Positions 1-12,441 of a stretch of 64,000 bases of DNA are shown here, piece after piece. The position numbers were made by a program, and so were the translations under genes. This DNA is from Azolla caroliniana. Its lineage: Eukaryota > Plantae > Polypodiophyta. The notes beneath the pieces were generated by a model. That model saw only the letters and a list, made by a program, of their open reading frames with translations, was not told the DNA's origin and did not search any database. The stretch lies in assembly GCA_043228905.1 (NCBI GenBank), contig JBHGNT010000008.1, positions 2,294,001-2,358,000 on the forward strand, in the 5' to 3' direction. Numbering within the stretch: position 1 is the stretch's first letter; the number at the start of each line of letters is the position of its first letter.

Positions 1-303
1 AAATAAGTATTGCCCAAATGGACATATTTTCGTAGCAAGCCAAAGTAGTGCCCAAATGGACACCTTTCCAAAGCAAGCCAAAGTAGTGCCCAAATGGACA
101 CCTTTCCAAAGCAAGCCAAATAAGTAGTGCCCAAATAGACAACTTTTCATAACAAGCATAATAAGTACGTTGTGCCCAAATGGACACCTTTTCATAGTAA
201 GCCAAATAAGTAATGTCCAAATGGACACCTTTTCATAGCAAGCCAAATAAAGAGTGTCCAAATGGACACCTTTTCACATCAAGCATAATAAGTACATTGT
301 GCC
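1..303. repeat. Minisatellite, ~35-43 bp unit (AAATAAGTAGTGCCCAAATGGACACCTTTTCATAGCAAGCC-like)
   Basis: About 7 degenerate tandem copies. A further partial unit appears at ~985-1017 (TTTCATAGTAAGCCAAATAG...AGTGCCCAAA), after the MITE. Confidence 0.9.
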
Positions 304-979
304 TAGCAATCAACAACAGTTTGGTTTGGTTTGGTTCAGTTTGAGAGTGTCAAACTCAAACTGTTTAAAAATTTTGAAACTTAAACTGAACCAAACCGAA
401 CTACTAAGTCGTTTAAACCGGACCGTTACAAAAAAATTCAAGCTCAAACCAAACGGTTTTAGAGACTTTCAAACCTTTAAACTGTTAAAATTGCGGTTTT
501 CAAGTTATGTCAAAATTCAAAATTTCACATTTTAATTTTAAAAAATTTTAAAAATTTCAAATTTTAATTTCTCAAAATTTAAAGTTTTTTCTTAAAATAT
601 CAAAATTAGGCTTAAAATGCTCAAAATAATAGGGTTTAGGGTTTTCAATATTTCAAATTTTAATTTTTAAAACTTTAAAGATTTTTCTTAAAATATCAAA
701 ACTAGGCTTAAAATGCTCAAAAAAATATTTAAGAAAATTATTGAGTGTCAATCCTAGACCGCCGAACCATTTGAATTGTGGTTTCAAATTCGTTCTAAAC
801 CAATAAAGGCTCGAACCGAACAGATATACCCCTGAACCAAACCGTTTACAAAAACCTAATACCGAATCGAACCGTTTACAAAAACTTGATCCTAAACCGA
901 ACCGAACCGAACCGATTAAACCGTTAAGCCGTGGTTTCGCGGTTCGGTTTAGGTCAAACCGGACCATTGCGGATTGTTA
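304..979. mobile_element. Non-autonomous hAT-like MITE, copy 1
   Basis: Ends TAGCAATCAACAA...TTGCGGATTGTTA, many AAACCG/CGGTTT subterminal repeats and an AT-rich core. Flanks ATTGTGCC/ATTGTTTT are a degenerate 8-bp TSD. Homologous to 53889-54385. Confidence 0.75.
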
Positions 980-1072
980 ATTGTTTTCATAGTAAGCCAA
1001 ATAGATTAGTGCCCAAAACGAAGATCTAGTTCAGAAAAGAGTACCGAATCACATTTCCCTCCCTCTGTTTTC

Positions 1073-1100
1073 TAGGGTTTAGGGTTTAGGGTTTAGGGTT
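1073..1100 (+). promoter_or_regulatory. Short interstitial telomere repeat (TAGGGTT)4 / telo-box cluster upstream of the PPR gene
   Basis: Four perfect plant telomere units ~230 bp before the PPR ORF. Confidence 0.6.
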
Positions 1101-1324
1101 TGGCTTCCACAGTCATAAATTCCTTTGTCCACTCATGTTTTCATCAGAGAAAGGCTGAATTTCACACATGTTTCTGGCCCTCTGTTCCCGTGGCAAAGCG
1201 TGAGTGAGTGAGCTGTATCCATGCATTTTTGTTCACTCGGAATTTGGTTCCTTGTTGAAATCAGAAGCTGAATTCTTGCGAGAAGCCTAAGTAGCCGCTT
1301 TCGTCCATCGAATCAATCGATCAA

Positions 1325-3319
1325 GTGAAGGAGGGTGGGAGGCTGGGCAGCCATAGCTTGATCCATGTCTGTGCTTCCTTGCTTCGATCTTGCACCAAGA
1401 AGAAGGACCTTCTGGCAGGAAGAAGAGCCCACTCCTTCATCATCTCTTCATGTGTTGACCACAATTTGCTGCTCTGCAATCTCCTCCTTCACATGTATGG
1501 AATATGCCGGTCACTTCAAGAAGTACTCTCTGTCTTTTCTAATATGCTTGAGCATGACAACTTTTCATGGAATTTTGCCATCAAGGCTTATTCGTCACAT
1601 GGGGAATGTGTCATGGCTCTCCAACTTGCGAAGACTATGGAAATTCAAGGATTTTTAATGGATAAGTATATATTTGCTAGCATTTTGAGTGCTGTTAAGC
1701 ATCGATCGGATGTTGGAATTGGCTTGTTTTTGCATTCTTGTTTCTATAGAACAGAATGTTGTGAAGATAGTGCTGTTTGCACTGCTCTTATCACTATGTA
1801 TGGTAACTGTGATCTGTTAGAACGTGCGAGGGATGTTTTTGACAGTATGAGAAACCATGATATCATCACTTGGACGGCTATGATTGCAGCGCTTTCGCAA
1901 TGTGGTTATGGAAATTTTGTTTTTTGCGTTTTTAATTGTATGATGCATCGAGGTTTGATCCCAGATGTGGTTTCTTTCATTAGCATTCTAGATGCTTTTG
2001 CAGGGGGTAGCTCGTCACATCTTCAATGCAAAATTGTGCATTTTTATGTACTGAGTTGTGGTTTTGACATGAATGTGGTGATTGGAACTGCACTTGTGAA
2101 TATGTATGGTAAATCAAGCTGTTTATTGAACGCACAAAGAGTGTTTCATGGCATGAATGAGCGGAATGTAGTGACATGGAATGCGATGATTGGATTGATT
2201 TCACGGAATGGAGGAAGTCAAGATGCTTTACAAATATTGGAGCAAATGGCACAAGAAGGCGTTTTGCCAAATAACGTCACATTTGTCAATGGGCTTGATG
2301 CTTGTAATTGTTCCTTAGCCATAGGTGCAGGTAAGAGGATCCATGCTTCTATAGAAAGAGAGAGGGCTTTTGGTGGAAGTATTGTTGTTGAAACTGCTCT
2401 GGTTAACATGTATGGACAATGCGGTGAGCTTGCTTGTGCTTGTGAAATTTTTGAGAAAATGCTTGATCATGATGAGATTGCACTTATCAGCATTCTGTCT
2501 GCCTGTGCTTCTTGTAAAGCTCTGGCTGAAGGAAAACACTTGCATAGCTATGCTATTTACGTTGGTTTTGAATGCCATGTTGTCTTAGTTACTGCACTCA
2601 TAAACATGTATAGTAAATGTGGAAGCCTCAATGATGCCCAACGGGTGTTTGATAGGATGCCAGAGAGAAATCTAATCTCATGGAATGCAATCATTGCAGC
2701 ATATTGTCAGAATGGAATGGGAAAACAATCACTTCTCCTTTATGAGCAAATGCATTTGGATAACACAAGGCCTGACGATGTGACTTTCCTTTCTATACTC
2801 TCTGCATGTAGCCATGCTGGGTTGCTAGAAGAGGGGTTACAAATCTTTAATTCTATGAAATGCGATTACCATATTACCCCAAATGTTGATCAATACAATT
2901 GTATGATTGATTTGTTTGGGAGGACAGGTAGGTTAAAAGAGGCAGAAGATTTGATATTAAATATGCCAATTGAACCTAGCGTGGCCTCGTGGACCACATT
3001 ACTCGGTGCATGTAGGAAAGAGGTAGATGTGGATCGGGGGGAGAGAGCTGCATTTCGGCTTTTTGCTATTAGTCCAGAAGATATTGTGCCATACGTTATG
3101 TTAGCAAACCTATATGCTGTAGCAGGAAGAGGTGATGATGCTGAGCATGTCATGGCAATGATGAGGGAGAAGGGTTTGAAAATGCAATTAGGAAAGTCTT
3201 TAATACAGGTCAATGATAATAATACTAAGTTTTCTGTGAATGTTCAAACACGTATACAAATGGAGGAAACCTATGCACAGAAAAATAGTATTATCACGTT
3301 GCTTGAAGGTACAACATAA
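1325..3319 (+). CDS. PLS-class pentatricopeptide repeat protein with E domain and no DYW (organellar RNA-editing factor family)
   Basis: Intronless ORF with repeated P-L-S motifs (TALITMYGNC, VTWNAMI, VTFLSILSACSHAG, YNCMIDLFGRTG), E motifs (SWTTLLGAC, YVMLANLYA) and a degenerate PG box (GLKMQLGKSLIQV). The ORF starts at GTG and the first ATG is at 1493, so the true start is uncertain. Confidence 0.9.
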   Translation: MKEGGRLGSHSLIHVCASLLRSCTKKKDLLAGRRAHSFIISSCVDHNLLLCNLLLHMYGICRSLQEVLSVFSNMLEHDNFSWNFAIKAYSSHGECVMALQLAKTMEIQGFLMDKYIFASILSAVKHRSDVGIGLFLHSCFYRTECCEDSAVCTALITMYGNCDLLERARDVFDSMRNHDIITWTAMIAALSQCGYGNFVFCVFNCMMHRGLIPDVVSFISILDAFAGGSSSHLQCKIVHFYVLSCGFDMNVVIGTALVNMYGKSSCLLNAQRVFHGMNERNVVTWNAMIGLISRNGGSQDALQILEQMAQEGVLPNNVTFVNGLDACNCSLAIGAGKRIHASIERERAFGGSIVVETALVNMYGQCGELACACEIFEKMLDHDEIALISILSACASCKALAEGKHLHSYAIYVGFECHVVLVTALINMYSKCGSLNDAQRVFDRMPERNLISWNAIIAAYCQNGMGKQSLLLYEQMHLDNTRPDDVTFLSILSACSHAGLLEEGLQIFNSMKCDYHITPNVDQYNCMIDLFGRTGRLKEAEDLILNMPIEPSVASWTTLLGACRKEVDVDRGERAAFRLFAISPEDIVPYVMLANLYAVAGRGDDAEHVMAMMREKGLKMQLGKSLIQVNDNNTKFSVNVQTRIQMEETYAQKNSIITLLEGTT

Positions 3320-3879
3320 CATACTCTTGAAGTATCATTTAGACTGCATGGCTCCAGGTGAAAATGTTGACCATTTGTTTTGGGACGTGTGACACCTCTT
3401 TTTGTCCAAAAAATATGCCAATATGGCCTGTATGTCATTCCATCCTGACATCGATATCGGTGATTTAGGATCAGGGAGTAACAATTAAAGATCCTGATGA
3501 TTTTCATCATTTCAGATATGGGAATTGTCCTTGTAGATCTAACATGTAAATATCTCGAGAAGTTTGTGACATTCTAAAGTGACTTATTCTTGATTCTTGG
3601 TGTGGGTTATTAGAATATTTGTTTGTGGCAATAAATTGGAAATGTGAGCCTAAATGTAAATGTGTTTCTGAGAAACCCCAAATGGAGATGTTTCCAGACT
3701 ACAATGTGGGTAGCTAATTTGTTAAATTCGTGTCAGCTATCATACATTTGTATTCACAGCCATTTGGAAGTTTGATTTCTTTAGAAAATCTCGAAAAGAA
3801 AAAGTTCAGTCAACAAATGTGGCTAAGTGTTTCTGATGGCCTATAGTGAGTGTTGAATTCCTTAACACTTATCCACATC

Positions 3880-4760
3880 TTGATTGAAAAAGTTCTTGAG
3901 AGATTCGATGATACTAAGTGTAAGGCATTCAACACTCAACTCGTAAGTCATTTTAAACTCAATTTTGAACAATGCCCCATACGTGAGAAAGAGCAAGAAG
4001 AAATGAAATAGATACCATATGTTTCTACATTTGGCACTTTAATGTAAGTTGCAGTATGCACGAGGCGTGCATTGCTCATGCAATTGGTGTAGTAAATTGT
4101 TTTCTCTTGAATCCTAGCAAAGATCATTGGGTGGAGTAGCTACTGAGATCAACGCCATCAGGAAGCAGTGAAATGAATTTTCCGATATTTGAGAAGCACT
4201 TCTAGAGTGTCTAAAATTTGGTGATAACTAAACTGCATTAGATGGATACAAAGATGCATACATGGTTGGTGACTTTGACTCTAGGAAATCCACATTACGG
4301 TATTTAATTATTTTGTAGGGGGAACATTCTCTTGGCAATCGAGACTTCAAAAATGCATGGCATTATCCACAACAAAGGCCAAGTACATTGTTGCCACAGA
4401 AGCTTGTAAATCAATGTTACAGTTGAATAAAAACCTACGTGAGTTGGGCTTAGTGTAGAAAGGTATAATCTACATTGTGATAGTCAAAGTGTCGTACATT
4501 TATGTAAGCACTCTTCTTTCCATTCCAAGTCTAAACATATTCATGCCCAATATTATTGGATCTAAGATGTCATTGAAGAAAAGCAAATGCACATTGAGAA
4601 GCTTCATATCGATGAGAATGGTTGTGATATGATGACAAAGTGTTTGCCAAGGGAGAAGCTAGAAGCTGGCAAAATAGAAATCAGGCTTGGTTGTGCCTCC
4701 CCACTTTGAGATGGAGGGGGAGAATTGTGGCAAAATAGAAATCAGGCTTGGTTTTTCTAC
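3880..4760 (+). mobile_element. Decayed Ty1/Copia RT-RNase H fragment with PPT
   Basis: Translates with stops to IPYVSTFGTLM, AHAIGVV, DHW..EAVK, GYKDAYMVGDFDSRKST, SWQSRLQKCMALSTT and CDMMTKCL. A polypurine tract GAGATGGAGGGGGAGAAT is followed by TG at ~4707-4727. Confidence 0.85.
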
Positions 4761-4936
4761 TCAAATGGAACCCACAGGCCACAACTATAAAGATAATAAG
4801 TAAAAATATGGCTATTTGTGTAATTTCAGCACTACTTTTTACTTATTCTTTATATGCCACTACCGAGGGTAACACAAAAAGAAAATGTTGAAAATAAAAA
4901 AGCAAAGACCAGAAAACTAGAGTGTGCGACAAAAGA

Positions 4937-7900
4937 GATAGATAGATAGATAGATTATATTATTGTCTTCAAAGGTCAAATATGACCTATGAAACTAACA
5001 ATATTATATTTCACATGATATGTGTGAAAGTGAGTAGTGGCTCTCGATGTTCAAGAACTTTGCCAATGAATGTTGCAATCGAGAATGCACATTGTGGTTG
5101 TGAGAGAAATTCGTGCAAGGATTGGGCTTGGTTGAAGATGTGTGGAAAGCATGGTCGAATATGATCAAAAGCAGAACATTGTATCAAAGTGTGATAATCA
5201 AACTCTCGAACTTGTTTAGGGCAAAGTGTGCATAGTCGACCACCCTCATCACTTGTGCCCCAACGCCCCATCTCATATCACAATGCATATGAGCTAAGCC
5301 GCATGGAAACAATGGTTCGAATAGAAGCCAATGGAATGGGCTCTATCATGTATTGATGTGTACAGTTTCCCTATTCCGCGAAGAATATGGTTTTGCAGTT
5401 AGGTGTGTGACAAAATTTTGCTTTTATGGATCTTTTTGCTTGCTTCCCATGTGATTCTAGGAAGTCGATGTGAGGGGCATTTTTGAACCTTAAGCATGTA
5501 TTCAACAACCCTTTCCATGGCCAAGATCTCAATGGGAAGTGATCATGTCTCAAGGAGGAGGAGGATGTATGGTGTTTGCTTCTTAACTTGTAGAAACTTT
5601 GTAAGAAAATGTTTTTGGACATTTTCAAACTCTTTCCAAGTAGATTTAGGGATGCTACCACCCCATACTTCCACCCCATAGAGGAGCACCGGTGTCACCA
5701 AAGTGTCGAAAAGGTATTTCTTGAGGACCCAACATTTAATATCTCGACGATTGCATGTGTTCTCAAATGCATAATATGCACGCTTTCCCACCTCTAAGCA
5801 GTATGTAGCACATTCATTCCATCTATGATTTGAAGGAACTTCAAGGCCAAGATATTTGAAGCTTTCCACACATTTAAGTGGCTCATTATTGTACATAATG
5901 CATGGCTTATCTCTTTCTTGGCTCAAGATTCACAAACATAATCTTTGTTTTAGAGCTATTAACACTTAATTTCGTATGTATGCAATTTTTTTCCAATGCC
6001 TTCATAAGCTTTTGCACATCTCCTAAAGTATTTGCAAAAAGCACTCAATCATCCATATATAGTAAAAGCATAATGACAACATTCCCAATTGGCAACCATT
6101 TCTTCAACACCTTCCTTTACAAACTTGGCAACCATTTCATCCAATTCATCAATGCATAGACCAAATAGAGTTGGTGAGAGTGGGCATCCTTACTTCACAC
6201 CAATAGTGCTATCGAAAAAATCTAAAATTTTATCGCTCATACGCACACAACATATAACCTTCTCATATATTCGGGAGATTGCAAGCATATATTCACTTGG
6301 CACCTTGAGTTCTTCCATTCACCTTTCTTAAATTCTATGAAGCAACAATATAAACCTTTACCTCCAAGGCAACTTTCCTCCATTAATACTCGAAGGGTGA
6401 CAAGGTGATCAATGGTGCTATGGTGTTTTCAAAAGCCAACTTGTCCATAAGCTCTCTTACCATTTTTTTCAGCCCATGCACTTATCTTTGATTCCACTAT
6501 ACATCCAAATAGCTTTGCCATTAATGAGCCAACCATGATGGTTCGATAGTTGTTTACGTTATTTACATCTCCACCTTTATGTAAAGGTTTGATCCAATTT
6601 GTAGTCTAATCATATGGCATACCATGTTGCAATGCATGATTAAACATATCTCTTATCTATGCATGTGCTTCCTTTCCCGTCTATTTGAGCATTTCAGCCT
6701 TTATACATTGAAAATTGCTTGTCTTTCGAGAAGCCAATTTCTTAAGTCCTATGCTTATATTTTCGATTGTAAAGGAGACATATGTGAAAGAGAGTCATAA
6801 CACATCATCTTTCCGGCAAGAGATAGCTCATATAGATTCTTACAATGCATAGACAAGTCAAGAAGAGTAAGTCATCATAACTCTCAACACGTTTCCCCTT
6901 TAGATTTCCCCAAAATTTAGCACATGCATGCGATTTCTCTTGTGTTTGGAGAAATTGTTGAGTAACTTCCCATATTCTTCTCTTTCTTTGAATAAACCTT
7001 TTGTACTCATGCAAATGCTTTTGATAATTTTCCTTATCCTTAACTACATCCAAAATCATAAGGCGCTTTTGAGCTTCATGACATTCTTTATCAAACCATT
7101 TTTTCTTTGAACCATATTTCTTGATGCATTTCCAAGATGTGTGCTTGGTCGAAAAACATTTGTTTGTACATGAGAGAATGACTTTCTTAAAAGCTTCCCA
7201 TTTGCATTTTAGTGTGGCACCATATTGTATCTTTGTCATTTGTAACATATCCTCAACCATCTTGGAGTACGTGGGCACTTGCTTAAGGTTCATCCTCAAG
7301 TGGGTTTGTTTATTATCTTCAATGACCTTCTGACAATCAAACCTATGCATACATTTGAGGTCAATACATAAAACCCTATCATTGGATTCTGGTGTCCATT
7401 CACCAAGTGAGAACTTATGTATACGATCCAAAATACCTTCAGAAAGTAGAACATAGCCAATTGCACTATTTCCATTGTGTTTTCTACATGTAAAACCATT
7501 AGTGTTGGGCCACAAGGAGACACCATTTGCAATAAGCAATTCGGTATTATTGCACATTTGTAGGAGTAACTTCCCAAATTGGTCTGGATCTTTTTAATCG
7601 TTAGAAGAGTAGTTATACATTTGTATGCCCGAGTCTTGCATCCTTGAGATATGTGGCATGAAAGATTGTTGTGCATCAATTTTGAAACTTCTTGTAAGGG
7701 CATTTATGTCATGAAAGACAATAACTTCCTCTTTGGATTTAAAATAAGAAATATCATGTTCTAGATTGGCAAAACATAAATGATTTCTATATTCTTCTCT
7801 TGATTCATCACATGCATAATAGATGAGTTTGATACCATGACTTCGTTGTGCATACATTTTTCATCTCACTTACATCTCACCGCAACGCATCCATTTTTTC

Positions 7901-8230
7901 TTCTTTTAGTGCTTCCTTTAACTCAATCTTGTTGAGGCTCTCATCTATTTCAACGGAAGCTCTTCTACATTCTTGAATCTCTTCTTCAAGTTTTGCAACC
8001 ATTTTCTTAAGGCCTTCATTCTCAATGACAACTATTTGGAGCTTAACATTCTTTTTCATTAGTATCCTAATCTCTTCACCTTGTTTGTTTATGGTTTCTT
8101 GAGACAATATTGATTTCAACTAACATCAAACCGCTACATCTGTCATCTATGAAAGACTCCTCTTCTCCATCGTTCTACTTCGATCTTGCACACTACCCAC
8201 ATATACAAGGGGCTTCCTACCTTCTTCTTA
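4937..8230 (-). mobile_element. Decayed LINE, family A (RTE/RTEX-like): coiled-coil ORF1 remnant, APE endonuclease, RT, C-terminal Cys/His finger
   Basis: Minus-strand fragments: HDINA and FTC..NGNSAIGYVL (APE), KKKWFDKEC, IGVK.GCPLSPTLF, FKYLGLE, PVLLYGVEVWG, LCTLC..E..H...C. 3' tail of (TCTA)n at 4937-4955. The 5' boundary is approximate. Confidence 0.85.
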
Positions 8231-9917
8231 GTGCTACGTCAGAGTAGGTGTGAGTGTAAGTAGGACATCAAATGGTGATATCGAGGGTGGTTTGATTCTA
8301 ATGTAATCTCAAGGAGACATGTTCCAAACATCCACTGATTCCAATTTCTTTTTGCTTTCATGTGTATGGTGATAACGTATTTTCACTTGGTACCAAATTC
8401 CAAGTTTCTTGTAAATTGATGGTTTAGTGATTCCACTGTGATGGTGATGAAATTTTGAATACTGACATTGTCATTCAATTTTTAAGACTAGTATGCCCTA
8501 AATGCAATAGGGAGTTTTTGTATTTGCTTTCACATATTTATAATCAACTGAAATTAAAGGAAAAAGAAAACAATTTCATTTCATTAGGTTATCCTTTCGA
8601 TTGGAATTTGGACGCCACTTTTTCCCATCAATATGCTACTGTACCTTTTGACACTGACAAAGTATCTCTGATGCAACACATCAACTCTCAAGAATGCATT
8701 AAAATGCATCTCCAAGAGTTTCCATCCATTGAACCTCTTAATCACAATCAATATTGGCCAATCATATCCTCAATAGAGCCCATCAATATTCTTTCATATA
8801 ATACCCATTGAAGCTTTTTTATAGCCCATGATAGTGTCAACCATATTTTTGGCAATGGATGTAGGTTGTTTTGTATCTTTGTTGTGAGATGCATAAAAAA
8901 ATTAAATAACGGCCATGGGAGTAAGTGACTTGTCATTGACTCAGTAATATTATGTTGATGAAGTGCTTTACTATATCCTCAATTCATCAGGCCTATGACA
9001 TAATTACCCTATATAATGACCTTTCAATTATCTCTAATCACTATTGTTTTTGAGAGGCTATTATTACAGAGAATGCAAAGCATACTTGACACAATGAGGA
9101 AAATATACTAATATGCTCTATTGTTTTTGAGGGGGTTAAAATACAACTAAACATGAACAAGCAGCCCATAAATGGTATCGTGGCATGTTTGACCCAACAT
9201 TTTGTAGTCATCATGTGTTGCTAAAGTTTCCTCCATTCTTTGATATCATGTATATTTCAATTATCAAATTTAATCGTGTGATCAAATTCTAGTCACGATT
9301 TATTGTTAGATCTATCTCTCTAATTGTAAATTTTGGATAACTTATTCTTTTCCTAATTCAATATGTATATGGCAATGACAATGATCTAGTACATACTATT
9401 TTTTCTCGTATTTTCGCGCCAACTAAACTCAAAAGATAACAATTTGAGAATTGTTATCAGTGTATTGAACATAGATCTACTTTTTGTTCTTATGAATTGG
9501 AAGTTACGAGGGATCATATTGTGCCTAGAAGAATACAAAGAGATCATATTCCCTTTCAAATGTCTAATTACCATAGAGTCAATCCATTAAGGTGTTTTAC
9601 AATATTGTACTAGATGAATACAAATAGACGATTACAATCAAACAAATTCCTAAGACAAGAAGATTCATCTTGGTAATAGGCCCAATGTTTGTTTATAAAA
9701 CTCGGCCATATGATATTTTTAGATGTAGACAAATGTTTCTTAGCCTAAATTATTTTTCTCAAGTTTTGGTTCCCTATTTTAGGTAAGTGGAATTTTAATA
9801 AGCAGACAATGAAAAAGAAGAAAAAGAATCAACATAAGTTGCATTCCCTCAACACAAAATAGAGACCAATTTTCGTGTGTGTTTTTTCGTGGGGGGGGGG
9901 GGGGGGTCCATGACATA

Positions 9918-10215
9918 ACTATGTATTAGATCCCATGAATATGCTATAGATATGTATGAATGCATGCATTAGATCCATGAATATGCCATGGATACATATA
10001 CATGATATGTATCTATGTATCTATCTATAGATATGTATGTATGCATGCATTAGAGCCATGAATATGTCATGGATACATATGCATGATACAATGTATGTAT
10101 GTATGTATGTATTAGATCCATGAATATGCCATGGATACACATGCACACATACATATATTCATGTATGTATGTATGTATGTATGAGATTCTTGAATATGCC
10201 ATACATATTCTCTCT
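9918..10215. repeat. Compound minisatellite (CATTAGATCCATGAATATGCCATGGATACA + (GTAT)n), left part
   Basis: Repeated ~30-bp motif interspersed with TATG repeats. It continues at 11905-12270 on the other side of the LINE. Confidence 0.85.
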
Positions 10216-11902
10216 ATCTTTTGCACACAACGAGGATTTGTAATGAATCTAGAAAAAGCTAAGGTCCTTATCTTTTATACATTGTCCCGAGATAGGAGTA
10301 AATGTCACCTAATCCTCTCTCATAAACCAGTCGAGGTAGTTGGATTATATGTATATCTAGGAGTCACTTTTAGTGCTCGCTCGGGTAAATTCTCAATGAC
10401 CCAGGCAGCCAAAGATAGGCTAATGAGAGGGTATGCATCCCTCTTGCTCTTAGAGAGATAATGCCACCAGGTATACTTTCAAGAGCCACGAACTAAGGGA
10501 TGGCTCTTCGACTCATTAGTGACCCCTTCCCTCATGTATGCATCAGTAGTTTGGGCTCCAAGTCTACCATCTTTAATGTGGACGCAATTAGAGAGACCTT
10601 TGGTGACACTGTTATCATGTCAACTCCGAAGCAAATCGACAGTACCACATGCCATTATTAGAGCAAAGTTCACTTTGCCCCCGATGTTAGTAGAAGCACT
10701 TTTCCAACTTGTAGTTTTTATTTATAGGATACATAGCCAACCACAAGAGAGGATATCTCGTCAAGCTTTTGAGGCATCCCGATCCCTATATGCATTCGGA
10801 GATACTAGCTCTTGGTATAACATTGTAGTGAGTTGGTTACTTGCAAATGGCATATACATTAATAACCTACCTCCCCTTAAATACAACCATGGGATTGATA
10901 AAACTTTAATCTCTCATGAGGACCGTAATAAAGTAATACGCCAAGAAATGTGGCAAATTTACACTCAATATAAATGGATCACCCCACGAGAGCCACTCCC
11001 ATCTAAAATGTTGTACTATAGGAACACTTCATGCTCTTCTCTAAGTTAGGTTTTATTACACGACCAAAATATCTAGATACATTCTTATCAAATGCATTAC
11101 GGGTTGCCATTGGACAACTTAGGATACCATCTCACCAACTTGAGATTGAGAATGGTCGTACTAATAGAGTCCCTAGAGAGGAAAGGCTATGTAGATTATG
11201 TCACATAGAGATGGAGGATGAGTATCATTTTACATGCAAGTGTCCAACTTACGCCGAGATAAGGACGAAATACCAAGACATACTAGGACCCTCTCCCACC
11301 CTCTTCAAACTATTAGATACCCCGGATATAAAGAGACTCGGTAGGTATGTCTTAGAGCTAAAACAATATAGTGAGAATAAGGTACAAAACGTTAACCATA
11401 ACCATTCTAATATTCACTATCATGTAACTAATGAAACTTTTCAGGAACAAGGGGAGATGGTGAATGTGGGCACACCTACACCACTCGGCCTCTCCCTTTC
11501 TGAAGCAAAAAAACAAAGAACAACCAAACGCCCTCGGATGTCGGGCTTCAAAGCAACTCGGCGTGGAGTAGAAACAATTAAGAAGATACGGGAATGTGAG
11601 TTGCGCCCGCCTATAAGCTATGGTTGGGCTACCTTTTACATTGGGACCACGGGCCACATCCACATCGAAACCCTTCGATGTCCCGCTTCTTTTGAGAGAC
11701 TTGGATGGAAATGAAACTAGGCCTAGTATAAAGCCATTTCCTTTCTAGAACATGTTTTTTACTAGAACTCTTTAGTGTAAGTTTTTATTTTTTTATTTTT
11801 TATTTACTTTCGATAAATGGGTAAACACCCCAATTTTGTTGTAAACCAATTGTTTCATGGACCAATTTTGGTCTTATAAGATGTTAATATTTCTTTCTTT
11901 CT
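10216..11902 (+). mobile_element. 5'-truncated LINE, family B copy 1 (RTE/RTEX-like)
   Basis: RT thumb YVYLGVTF, TPSLMYASVVW, C-terminal finger SHQLEIENGR..REERLCRLCHIEMEDEYHFTCKC, and a (TTTC) tail. Highly similar to 22441-25375. Confidence 0.85.
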
Positions 11903-11904
11903 CA

Positions 11905-12264
11905 GACACAAATGTATGTATGTAATAATGTATGTATGCATTAGATCCATTAATATGCCATGGATACACATACATATTCATGTATGTATGTATGTATGTA
12001 TGTATGTATACATTAACACACACAAATGTATGTATGTATGTATGTATGTATGTATACATTAACACACACAAATGTATGTATGTATGTATGTATGTATGTA
12101 TGTATGTATGTATACATTAACACACACAAATGTATGTATGTATGTATGTATGTATGTATGTATACATTAGACCCATGAATATGCCATGGATACATATATG
12201 TACATACATATTCATGTATGTACATATGTATGTATGTATACATTAGATCCATGAATATGCCATA

Positions 12265-12323
<59 letters not shown>
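11905..12323. repeat. Compound (TATG)n minisatellite (right part) followed by (CT)n
   Basis: Seen directly in the sequence. The (CT)n tract lies just 5' of the EUL gene. Confidence 0.9.
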
Positions 12324-12325
<2 letters not shown>

Positions 12326-12441
12326 AACAGAGTAACACAAAGGTAATTCTCACCTCTCTGTCACAAACACCCTGGTCTTGGTCCCTTTGTTGCCTTCTGT
12401 TTTTCTGGGGGGGGTTAAATCTTTTGAAGTGCAGTGTCACC

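Noticed and set aside
1-303. Possible CRISPR array
   Set aside because: Units are contiguous degenerate tandem copies without variable spacers.
8240-9800. Possible transposase or LINE remnants
   Set aside because: Only faint motif hints; no domain I can support.
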